Shown here: piece after piece, positions 9,395 through 18,473 of the stretch | Layout: each line of letters starts with the position of its first letter | Numbering within the stretch: the first letter of the stretch is position 1 | Source of the DNA: Pelotomaculum terephthalicicum JT | Lineage (GTDB): Bacteria > Bacillota > Desulfotomaculia > Desulfotomaculales > Pelotomaculaceae | Assembly: GCF_022410535.1 (NCBI RefSeq) | Contig: NZ_JAKNBL010000023.1 | Coordinates: 14,894 to 46,893, forward strand | Reading direction: 5' to 3' | Length of the DNA stretch: 32,000 nucleotides | Notes under the pieces: model-generated | Database searches by the model: none | Told to the model about the DNA's origin: nothing | The model's input: the letters and a program-made list of their open reading frames with translations, nothing else | Translations under genes and position numbers: made by a program

Positions 9395-10249
9395 TTAACT
9401 AACTTCCGCTTTCTCTTTACCCTTTCTGACTACAGTTCTCTCTCCTTCAGGAAGAGGAGGCGGAACAGGCTCGCCGGCTTCAATTTTCTTGATCGCGCTG
9501 AAGCGGGGCGGGCAGCCTGCGATGCAATTTCCGCATCTTATACATTTCTCCTGATCAATTACGTGAACTTGTCCCTTGGCGCTGATAACCGCCCCCACGG
9601 GACATCTCCTGGCGCATGTCATACAGGCCTGGCACTTATCCGGCTCAATATAGTACGAAATTTTTTCATTAAATAACTTGTCTATTTCTTCACTTGTGAA
9701 ATACTTGTCACATTCTTCCGGGTCTTCCGGGTTCACTTGAGGCACTCTCAGCTTCTCGTTCATCATCACTTTAATATACGGCACTAACTTTAAAACTTTT
9801 TCAACCCTGGAAATTAGTTCTTCCTTGTCTATCCCTTCACTTACAGCAAATGGCCCTATTTCCTTAATTTTCTTATTAAAGTCATTAACATGCTCGGCAT
9901 AAAGGTTTCCTTCACTGCCGGACATAACTCTCATTCTTAATCTCTCGGGGTTCAGCCCTATGTGTTCCATTATTTTTTTGGTTAGAAGCGTCATGTTCAG
10001 CGCATGGTAATTCCCGCCGGTACTATAATTACAATCATTAAAATGGCAACCGCCGATAAACACCCCGTCCATTCCTTTTGAGAAAGCTCGGAGCACATGT
10101 GCCATGTCGACCCTACCGGAACACATGACGTGAACAAGTCTCATTTCAGTTGAATATTGTAGTCTGGAAACTCCAGCCAAGTCAGCAGCGCCGTATGCTC
10201 ACCAGTGGCATACGAAACCTATTACCTTCGGTTTAAATTTTGTACTCAT
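9395..10249 (-). CDS. bamF: BamF-like subunit: MvhD domain fused to a 2x[4Fe-4S] ferredoxin, with in-frame TGA (Sec) at 10199-10201
   Basis: Track ORF 9395-10180 lacks the true N-terminus. Hand translation upstream gives GGAGGTG-N7-ATG(10249) MSTKFKPKVIGFVCHW-TGA-AYGAADLAGVSRLQYS, the MvhD motif (F.CNWC.Y.GAD.AG) with TGA at the Cys position. The C-terminus has CQACMTCARRCP and CIRCGNCIAGCP. Confidence 0.85.
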
Positions 10250-10281
10250 TCGCTCTCACCTCCCTATTAGTGATCAAGGTT

Positions 10282-13200
10282 TTATTCCGCAACCATCGCG
10301 TCAATTTGGCTCGTGATCTGATCATCGGTAAAGTGCTTTAACTGTATTGCCCCTGTGGGACACTTTGCGTTACAGAGGCCACATCCTTTACATAGAACGG
10401 GATTTACTGTAACCTTCTTGCCCTGCCGTGTCTCTTGAACCGCCAGGGAGCCATACGTGCAGACTGAGGCGCATGCCCCGCACCCCATACACTTCTTCTC
10501 ATCCACCTGGCAGACAGAGCCGGAGGCTATGACTATATCATGTGAGAGAAGCGTTAAAACCCGGCCGGCGGCCCCATAAGCCTGGTTAATCGTTTCCTGC
10601 AAAAACTTGGGATAGTGAGCCAGCCCGCACAAATAAACGCCTTCCGTGTTAAACTCAACAGGTCTTAATTTGACATGGGCTTCCTTGAAGAAACCGTCCG
10701 GGCTTAAAACCACCTTAAATTGTCCGGCTAATTTATTAGTTTCTTCCGAGGGAACAATAGCGGCGGCCAAAGCAAGCACATCAGCATCCAATTCAATCTT
10801 ATTCCCTAAAACAAAATCTGTTACGGTAACCTTCAAAACCGGCTTGCCCTCATCCGACTCGCCAGGTTCCACCACGGGCTTATCGTTCTCCTCATAGCGG
10901 ATAAACCTAATATCTTTACTTGCCGCTTCCCTGTAATAATCCTCTTTTAATCCATAAGTTCTGACATCCCTGAAGAGGATGTATATATCCATCTCGGGAT
11001 TTATCTCTTTTAATTTCAAAGCGTTCTTGATAGACTCGCTGCAACATATCCTGCTGCAGTAATTTCTGTCTTCATTTCTACAGCCGACACACTGGATCAT
11101 CACGACACTTTCGGCATTAGCGACCTTTTCGTCTCCTGCGTGGATCCGCTCCTCCAACTCAAGGTGGGTCATCACCCTGTCATCTTCTCCATACAGGTAT
11201 TCGTCAGGTGTGGACAAATCAGCGCCGATGGCGATGACAGCCGCGCCATGCTTAATCTCCGCGACCCCTCTGGAAGACTTCACCGTCGTTACGAAATTCC
11301 CCACATAACCGGTGGCATCAGTGATTACGGCATTGGTATAGACATGGATTAAGGGGTGCTGATAAATCTTGCGCTTAAGATCTTGCAAATATTCCTGAAC
11401 ATCCATTCCATCCAGGGTGGAATGAACTCTGCGGGTGATCCCGCCAAGGTCCGAATCTTTTTCTAACAAGTAAACCTCGTGTCCCTGGTTGGCTATGGAA
11501 AGGGAGCAACTCATGCCGGCTACACCGCCGCCGACCACTAACGCCGCCTTGTTTACGGGCAGTTCAAACTCCTGCAACGCCTCCAAGCTGCAAGCCCTTG
11601 CCACCCCCATCCGGATTAAGTCCCTGGCCTTTTCTGTGGCTACTTCCTTTTCCTTCGAGTGGACCCAGGAGTTATGCTCCCGAATGTTAGGCATTTCAAA
11701 GTAATATTGATTGATGCCCGCCTCCCGGACGGTATCCCGGAACAACGGCTCCAGGGTCCTGAGGGAGCAGGCGGCAACAACCACCCGGTTGAGCCCTTTT
11801 TCTTTTGTCACGTCAGTTATTTCTTTAGCGGAGTTGGTAGCGCATGAAAACAGCTGCTCCTGAGCGTGGACAACATAGGGTAATGTTTTGCAGTATTCAA
11901 CTGTGTCAGGAACATTTACTACCCTTCCGATGTTAGCCCCGCAATGGCACACAAAAACTCCGATCCGCGGCTCCTCTGCGGAAACATCCCTTTCCTCCGG
12001 GTATACCCTTTCTATTGAAAGCTTGCCCCGCCTGTAGTCGAGCAGTTCGCCGATTTGGGAGCCGGCCCCGCTGGCACTGAAGACCGACTCGGGAATATCA
12101 ATCGGACCCTGGAAGCCTCCGCTTACAAAGATACCCCGCCTGTTGGTCTCCATCGGGTTGGCTGGATTGAGCTTGCAATATTGATGAGCGGTAAGCTCAA
12201 TTCCAAATTTTTGGGCCGTCTCCTGCGCGCCGACGGGAGGATTCAAACCGATGGACAATACCACCATATCGAATTCTTCTTCTTTTACACCATCATCGGG
12301 CGTAGAATAGCGGATGGTGACATTTTTGGTTACCGGGTCCTCTTTTACTATTGAAGTGTAGCTTCTGATAAACCGCACTCCGGGAAGGTTATTGGTCCGA
12401 TCGTAGAAGCGTTCAAAATCCTTTCCGTAGGAACGAATATCGTTATGGAATATCGTACACTCCGCGTCCGCGTCATGATCCTTGGTCAAAATCACATGCT
12501 TCTGGGCATAAGTGCAGCATACAGCCGAACAATAGCTGTTGCCACCCTCGATCACCTGTCTGGAACCCACGCACTGAATCCAGGCTAGTTTATGGGGATG
12601 CTTTTTGTCGGAAGTGCGCAGGATCTCTCCCGAGTACGGCCCGGTGGAGCTCAACAGCCGTTCGAAGTCCATACTGGTGATCACGTTCTGAAACTCTCCG
12701 TAGTGATATTCCGCCCTGACCTTGGGATCATACGGCTCAAAGCCGGCGGCCAGAATCACTGCCCCGACATTCAGATCCTTTGTTACCGGCGCTTGTTTTA
12801 AATCAATGGCGTTATTTTTACATACTCCTACGCATATCTGGCATTTATTTTCTTTCAGGTAAAGACAGCTTTCATCAATATATGCAACAAGCGGAATCGC
12901 TTGCGGGAAATAGATATGGACCGCTTTATTCAGCGATATTTCCTGGTTAAACACATCAGGGTACTGCACCGGGCAGTACTCAACACAGGTGGTACAGCCA
13001 GTGCACAGATCCTCTATAATATACTTGGGCTTTGTAGTTACCGTTACCTTAAAGTTGCCTGCTTCCCCGGCTATACTGTCAACTTCAGTATAGGTGAGAA
13101 CTTCAATATTTGGATGCCGGCCGACCTCGACCAGCTTAGGCGCGAGTATTCACATGGAGCAGTCATTGGTGGGAAAGGTCTTGTCAAGCTGGGCCATATG

Positions 13201-13380
13201 GCCCCCGATGCTTGGCGCTTTTTCCACCATGTAAACCTTAAAACCAGCAGTAGCAAGGTCAAGAGCGGCTTGAATACCGCTGATCCCTCCACCAACAACC
13301 AATACGTCTCCAAAATTGCTGGCTCCAGGACTTGCACAAATTTGCTGAATTTTTTCTTGCAGCAATTGTTCTTCTCCCAC
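10282..13380 (-). CDS. bamE: BamE-like large HdrA-type flavo-Fe-S subunit, with in-frame TGA (Sec) at 13150-13152
   Basis: Track ORFs 13150-13380 and 10282-12969 are in one frame. The junction reads ..[32 protein letters not shown].., the HdrA motif FPT.DCS.C with TGA at the Cys position. There are two dinucleotide-binding motifs ([24 protein letters not shown]) and several CxxCxxCxxxCP clusters. The GTG start at 13380 has GGTGAGGTG upstream and an in-frame TAG just before it. Confidence 0.85.
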
Positions 13381-13647
13381 TTTTCTATCACCTCACCAGG
13401 TTTTATGTTCCTGTACACTCCGGGTTAATCATACTTAATTTTTTGAACATGCAAGCCGTTCCGGGCGGGTAAACACGCCAGCCGGCTGCCGCGGGCCTGA
13501 CCGACCAGGGCAATGCCCATACGGGCGAGCCACCACCAGCAGGTTTCTGGTATCGGACAGAGCTGAAGTATGCACTCCGCCACTAAGGGGATACAACTTC
13601 ATGTCCGTCACGCCGCGCGTTTCCTGCATGCTTAACTTCTCCGCAAT
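13381..13647 (-). other. GC-rich structured spacer between bamD and bamE (possible MITE-like insert or small ORF)
   Basis: Hand count gives 45/60 G+C at 13451-13510. Imperfect inverted ends TTGAACATGCAAG (13443-13455) and CCTGCATGCTTAA (13623-13635) match 10/13. Internal hairpin arms lie at 13555-13569 and 13596-13606. Track ORF 13435-13629 (64 aa, R/P/G-rich) has GGAG 9 nt upstream but matches no family I recognise. Confidence 0.3.
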
Positions 13648-14799
13648 CTAGATCACCTCTTGGATAACCTCCGTAATGTCCTTAACCTGGATAACGTCAT
13701 CATAGTTCAGAACCGCCCTGCTGTCCTCAAACATGGTGATGCAATAAGGACAGGCGGTAACGAGCACCTCAGACCCCACCTCAATAGCATCTTTTAATCT
13801 GATGTTGGAGAAACGGTCGGACGCATGGGTTTCCATCCAAATCCTGCCTCCGCCCATGCCGCAGCAGAGGCTTTGTTCCCGCGATTCCGCCATTTCAATC
13901 AGCTCTAATCCGGGTATCTTCTTTAAAACTTCGCGCGGTTCATCATATACGCCGTTATGCCGGCCCAGGTAGCACGGGTCGTGATAGGTGATTTTCTTGG
14001 CGTATTCTTTGCTGATCGGAAGCCTTCCTTCGTTAATCAGCTGGAATAAATACTGGGAAATATGAACCACTTCAAAGTTCGCACTGAATTCGGGATACTC
14101 GTTCTTAAAGGTGTGGTAGCAATGAGGGGAATTGACCAGGATTTTCTTTACCCCGTTATCGATGAAGGTTTTAATGTTTTCTCTGGCTAATTTTTTGAAT
14201 AGTTCCTCATTGCCTGTCTTGCGGATGCTTTCACCGCAGCAATTTTCCTGGTCGCCCAGGATCCCGAAATCTACGCCTGCCTTATTGAGGACATTGGCCG
14301 TGGCTTGGGCTACCTTCTTTAATCTCGGGTCGTAGCAGAGGTAGCAGCCAGGGAAATATAGAAATTCCATCCCTTCTTCGAATGTTTTTACAGAGAGTCC
14401 TTTTGTCCAATCGGCTCTGTTTTTCCGGCTTTCTCCGAAGGGGTTGCCTTCTGCGGTAAGGCCTGCGCTTACACCGCGGACAGGCTTAATGGCGGTGGGA
14501 AAAACTCCGTATCCCGTAGCCATCCTGCGCAGTGCTTTCATGTTTTCGATCTGCTTGACGTCCCTGGGGCATATTTGTGCGCACTTCCCGCAGGTGGTGC
14601 AGCGCCAGATCTCTTCGTGTTCGATCTCTGTCAAACCGAATGCAGCCTCGCGGATGAGTTTGCGCATGCTGAATTTCCTTACTTTGTTCCAGGGACAAAC
14701 TGTGTCGCATTTGCCGCATTGATAGCAGTATTTAACGGCTTCTCCGCCGTACTCTTTTATTTCACCTATGACCTCTTTGAAGGGGGCTACTGTTTCCAC
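13648..14799 (-). CDS. bamD: BamD-like HdrD-type Fe-S protein (2x[4Fe-4S] plus two CCG domains)
   Basis: CYQCGKCDTVCPW and CTTCGKCAQICPR ferredoxin motifs. CCG motifs ENCCGES and SLCCGMGGG. GTG start with an AAGAGGT SD. Confidence 0.85.
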   Translation of the reverse strand: METVAPFKEVIGEIKEYGGEAVKYCYQCGKCDTVCPWNKVRKFSMRKLIREAAFGLTEIEHEEIWRCTTCGKCAQICPRDVKQIENMKALRRMATGYGVFPTAIKPVRGVSAGLTAEGNPFGESRKNRADWTKGLSVKTFEEGMEFLYFPGCYLCYDPRLKKVAQATANVLNKAGVDFGILGDQENCCGESIRKTGNEELFKKLARENIKTFIDNGVKKILVNSPHCYHTFKNEYPEFSANFEVVHISQYLFQLINEGRLPISKEYAKKITYHDPCYLGRHNGVYDEPREVLKKIPGLELIEMAESREQSLCCGMGGGRIWMETHASDRFSNIRLKDAIEVGSEVLVTACPYCITMFEDSRAVLNYDDVIQVKDITEVIQEVI

Positions 14800-14826
14800 A
14801 ATTTTACCTCTTCTTTCACTTGTATT

Positions 14827-15366
14827 TTAGCCCTTCTGTGTCATGCGGGCAAAGGTTTCCGCCAGTTTATTCAAGCCGTGTTTGTCCACCAGCGATTTCA
14901 ATCCGATCTCTGCTTCGTCCACTTCTTCTGCTTCTTCGACTTCTTCTTCTCTTTCTTCGTAAATGAGGACGTCACTGAAGCACCACTGCACACAGAGAGG
15001 TTTTTCTTGCGGGGGCTCGTCTTCGCACATGTCGCATCTCAACGGGAGCCCGGAATCGGGCTCTTTGAACCTGTCCCTGGCTGGGCAGGCGGCTCTGCAG
15101 AAGTCACACTCGTCGTATTGTTTTTCATCAATCAGATATTTTTCTCTGCCCATACATTCTGCCGGCGCGTACTCTCCGGCGAAAATGGGAAGCCAGATGT
15201 CTTTCATCGGGTAGCGGATTACCTGTATGCGAGCCCTTGCGGGGTTAATGGAGCTGTATTTGGGTGTGGCGTGAAAAGCGGAGCAGATTAGCTCGCATGA
15301 CCGGCAGCCATTGCACTTATCTGCGTCTACTGTAATTGTTTTGATCTTTTTCTTAATCTTCGCCAT
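14827..15366 (-). CDS. bamC: BamC-like poly-[4Fe-4S] electron-transfer subunit
   Basis: 179 aa with CNGCRSCELIC, CDFCRAACPARD and CDMCEDE..CVQWC. The start overlaps the bamB stop by 14 nt. Confidence 0.8.
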   Translation of the reverse strand: MAKIKKKIKTITVDADKCNGCRSCELICSAFHATPKYSSINPARARIQVIRYPMKDIWLPIFAGEYAPAECMGREKYLIDEKQYDECDFCRAACPARDRFKEPDSGLPLRCDMCEDEPPQEKPLCVQWCFSDVLIYEEREEEVEEAEEVDEAEIGLKSLVDKHGLNKLAETFARMTQKG

Positions 15367-17329
15367 CTTTTAGTATCCCTCTCTTCGTCAGTTCTTCGGC
15401 AACATAATCCAAATCTAATTCGTGCAGTCTTTCTTTGGTAGGAATACCGTCGTTGTTCCACCCTTTGTATTTGTAATAGGTGCTCAGGAGTTCTTCTTCG
15501 AGTTCGGGGAATCTTCTCTTCCAGTGGTCTGCGGGCGGCTTCTCGTCTTTTCTCGACATGCCTTTCATATTGTTGTACGCTCTATGCAGGTTGCGGCTCC
15601 GGTTGACTATTTTCTTCAGTCCGGCTTCGTCTATGTCCATCCCGAGCGCTGCTGAGACTAACAGCGGGTAATTGTGGATATGGTACGGGGGCTTCAGGCA
15701 GAATGACCCCATGCCGCAGCATAGCCCGAGGGCGTCGTCGATGTTGTGCAGCATTTCCATCCAGTCGACGATTTCACTGCACATGTAGGGGGTCGGGAAA
15801 AATGGTATAGAGTTTTCTCCCCGCGGGTTCCAGTCGAGCAGGTACTGCTTGAAGTGGTCGTCGGGCAGCTGGGGCCAGTCTCTGACGAACTCTTCTCTCA
15901 TTTCCCTGGTGGGGAAAGCGCCCTGAGGCCAGTTCCCTTCAATTTGGGTGATGCTGATCTTCTCGTTGGTGGTATACATCAGGTAATAGATGGGGTCCAG
16001 GGTCCCCAATTTAAGCGGTAGCTGCTCGTGCTTTTTGATGGTGTTGTGCTCGAGTGCTTCTGCTTCGGGGCCAAGCCTTTTGGCCATCCAATACAGGCCG
16101 TCGGCCATTAGGTCGCCGATGCCTTCGCGCCGGACCATTCTGTCGAGCAGCCAGTAGAATCTTCCTTCCTTATCTTTCGGGCATCCCTCAAAGTCTTTGT
16201 CGGTCAGGATGCCGGCTTCATAGAGCTCAACCGCAAAGGCCAGAATCTGCGGGGTGCCGAATCCGTCCACGCCGTATTCGGTGGCGCGCTGGGCGATCCT
16301 GAAGTTGAACTCAAGTTCGTCCACATAGGCGGCCATGGCATAGGTCATTTTGGTGAAGCATTTCATCTTGTATCTGGGTGTGTCGCGGAAGGAAATTAAC
16401 GCGCCGCAGTGCTGCGGGCAGTTATAGCAACTTATTAAGCGTTTGATCGCTTCTAATTGTATCCGTGGCCATTCTTCACCGATTCTCTCATCCCAGAAGC
16501 CTCTTCTCCGGAGGCGGGAGTTCCCCCACATGAAGTTCTCGGTGTGCCACCTCTCGTCGGTATGCACCATTTCCTGCGGCGATCCGATACCGGCCAGAAT
16601 GGTCATAACGCCGGGAATGGGGTTGGCGTTCCGGTACTTGATATAGTCTTGCGCTCTATTCACGTGTTCAATGAATTCGGCGCCCCGGGCCAGGTTGAGG
16701 TCTTTGGTGCCGCGCACGGCGATCGCTTTGATGTTCTTGTCGCCCATTACGGCGCCGCCGCCGAGTCTGCTGGCGCTGGACCGGCCCTGCTCGATGGAAG
16801 CCAGGAAGCAACGGTTCTCGCCGGCCAGACCGATAGCGGCCACGCAGGCGTTGGGCTCATTCAACTCCTCTTTGATGATTTCCCGAGTTTCTACTGCGCC
16901 TTTACCTTTTAAATGTGAGGCGTCACGTATTTCTACTTTGTCATTGTTTATCCATATATAAACTAGCTTCGGTGACTTGTTGCGAAAGATTACTTTGTCA
17001 TAACCTGCATACTTCAATTCCGCCGCCCAAAATCCCCCCATCATCGGATATGCCAGCAGGTCTGTCTGGGGAGAAATTGTCGTAACACAGGTGCGGTTAA
17101 AGCTCATGGCAGGTGTGCCGACTAAAAGAGGAGAGCTGATAATAAATAGATTCTCAGGATCAAACGCTTTTGTTTCGGGGGGGACTCTGTCCCAGAACAA
17201 CTTGACATTGGTGCCCAGTCCTCCCAGGTGCAGTTCGGTCAATCTCGGATCGCTTTCCACCTTCTCGATGTTCCCTGTCGCCAAATCAATTTCTAAGTAA
17301 TATCCTGTCTCCGCGTACCTCATTTTCAA
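15353..17329 (-). CDS. bamB: BamB-like tungsten-pterin aldehyde:ferredoxin-oxidoreductase-family catalytic subunit of class II benzoyl-CoA reductase
   Basis: 658 aa. The N-terminus M(K)MRYAETGYYLEIDL..LGGLGTNVKLFWDRVPPE and internal strings (VYIWINNDKVEIRDASHLKGKG, IEQGRSSASR, LISCYNCPQHCG, HNTIKKHEQLPLKL, PPYHIHNYP) match my memory of Geobacter BamB rather than a generic AOR. The gene order AOR-like / FeS / HdrD-like / HdrA-like(Sec) / MvhD-like(Sec) is the bamBCDEF order. Confidence 0.85.
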   Translation of the reverse strand: MKMRYAETGYYLEIDLATGNIEKVESDPRLTELHLGGLGTNVKLFWDRVPPETKAFDPENLFIISSPLLVGTPAMSFNRTCVTTISPQTDLLAYPMMGGFWAAELKYAGYDKVIFRNKSPKLVYIWINNDKVEIRDASHLKGKGAVETREIIKEELNEPNACVAAIGLAGENRCFLASIEQGRSSASRLGGGAVMGDKNIKAIAVRGTKDLNLARGAEFIEHVNRAQDYIKYRNANPIPGVMTILAGIGSPQEMVHTDERWHTENFMWGNSRLRRRGFWDERIGEEWPRIQLEAIKRLISCYNCPQHCGALISFRDTPRYKMKCFTKMTYAMAAYVDELEFNFRIAQRATEYGVDGFGTPQILAFAVELYEAGILTDKDFEGCPKDKEGRFYWLLDRMVRREGIGDLMADGLYWMAKRLGPEAEALEHNTIKKHEQLPLKLGTLDPIYYLMYTTNEKISITQIEGNWPQGAFPTREMREEFVRDWPQLPDDHFKQYLLDWNPRGENSIPFFPTPYMCSEIVDWMEMLHNIDDALGLCCGMGSFCLKPPYHIHNYPLLVSAALGMDIDEAGLKKIVNRSRNLHRAYNNMKGMSRKDEKPPADHWKRRFPELEEELLSTYYKYKGWNNDGIPTKERLHELDLDYVAEELTKRGILKDGED

Positions 17330-17532
17330 TCCCCTCTATGTCTCTTATTAGGCCCCTTTAGGTATCTCCGCTCCGCAGCCATGGCCCATTAGCTGCGCAG
17401 GTCGTTATGCTAGCTGCGTCTTTGATTGTCCACCTTTGAGATCCTTAAAACCGTTGTGAGCTTAAATATTATTATAATTTAAAAAATAATTAATAAAATA
17501 GCTAGAAAGGATGAAAAAAGCTACCAACGAAC

Positions 17533-17592
17533 TAATCCCGGATTAATCCCTAAGGATTAAATAGTGATAGCAACTTGACAAGTATTTGTCAA
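17533..17592. promoter_or_regulatory. Cluster of perfect palindromes upstream of bamB (candidate operators and a possible -35)
   Basis: TTGACAAGTATTTGTCAA (17575-17592, 7-bp arms with a 4-bp spacer). TTAATCCCTAAGGATTAA (17543-17560, 7-bp arms). An overlapping TAATCCCGGATTA (17533-17545). On the minus strand, TTGACA (17592-17587), 17 nt, TATCAC (17569-17564) could be a promoter. Confidence 0.4.
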
Positions 17593-17642
17593 TTTAAGAA
17601 AATATTAATTATTCCCAAGCCCGTCAACCCGATTCATGTTAT

Positions 17643-18473
17643 TTATTGAGTTAACTTTTCCGGGATGAAATTAATAAAAAGGTTACTGTCATATTCCTCA
17701 ATCTTACCCTGATCACAAAGCTTTGAGAAATTGGGATCTACCGGTAAACCGCCGATAAACGGTATCTGGAATTTTTGGGCAATTTCTTTGCCCTGACTAG
17801 GTCCAAACAACTCAAATTCTTCGCCGCAATGAGGACAAACGGCACCGTTCATATTTTCAACCAGGCCAAGAATGGGAACATTCATAAGTTTGGCCATCTT
17901 AATCGCCTTGCTGACAATCATGACGGCAAGGTCTTGCGGTGAAGAAACGACTATCAGGCCATTTAGAGGCAGTGATTGCATAACGGTCAAAGGCACGTCG
18001 CCAGTACCGGGCGGTAAATCAACAAAAAGGTAATCAAGGTCACCCCAGGCGACATCAGTCCAAAACTGCTTGACTGTACCGGAAATTACCGGCCCACGCC
18101 AAATAACCGGGTCATCTTCATTGGGAGTCAATAAATTTAGCGACATGATTCTTATACCGTTATTGCTGTTTAAAGGTAATATCGCGACGCCGTTACTTTT
18201 TGCCATACCTTTTATGCCAAACATCTTTGGCAGGCTTGGACCGGTGATGTCCGCATCCAGCACTCCCACTGAATAGCCCTTTTTTCTACATTCGCTTGCA
18301 AGCAAAGATGTTACCGAAGACTTTCCCACACCGCCTTTTCCGCTCATTACAGCGATAACATTCTTGATATGGCTTGATTCGTTTTCAGGCAATTTTTTAA
18401 TAACAGTATTGCCTTCATGACTACATCTGCTGTTTTTTTCAACATTACTAGTATGATTTAAATTTTGCTGCAT
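17643..18473 (-). CDS. Mrp/ApbC/NBP35-family P-loop ATPase (Fe-S cluster carrier)
   Basis: VIAVMSGKGGVGKSSVT deviant Walker A, DLPPGTGD, CPHCGEEF. AAGGAGG SD upstream of ATG 18473. Confidence 0.85.
   Translation of the reverse strand: MQQNLNHTSNVEKNSRCSHEGNTVIKKLPENESSHIKNVIAVMSGKGGVGKSSVTSLLASECRKKGYSVGVLDADITGPSLPKMFGIKGMAKSNGVAILPLNSNNGIRIMSLNLLTPNEDDPVIWRGPVISGTVKQFWTDVAWGDLDYLFVDLPPGTGDVPLTVMQSLPLNGLIVVSSPQDLAVMIVSKAIKMAKLMNVPILGLVENMNGAVCPHCGEEFELFGPSQGKEIAQKFQIPFIGGLPVDPNFSKLCDQGKIEEYDSNLFINFIPEKLTQ

Noticed and set aside
12901-13428. Plus-strand ORF of 175 aa, and minus-strand off-frame ORF 13071-13418
   Set aside because: Both overlap the well-supported bamE frame. They have no recognisable motifs and are by-products of codon bias.
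14575-15291. Plus-strand 238-aa ORF (also 14132-14335, 14444-14722 and 14963-15214)
   Set aside because: It is antisense to bamC/bamD and its Phe/Cys-rich composition is typical of the reverse strand of Fe-S protein genes.
15422-17300. Multiple plus-strand ORFs of 60-150 aa inside bamB (for example 16457-16912)
   Set aside because: They are antisense to a 658-aa gene with strong family signatures, and have no SD or motif support.
17330-17470. A Moco/tungsten-cofactor riboswitch in the bamB leader
   Set aside because: It is biologically attractive, but I could not find the conserved strings I associate with that motif (CCGAG.., ..GCCUGGG.., ..GGAAAGG near the SD). I keep it only as an unclassified structured leader.
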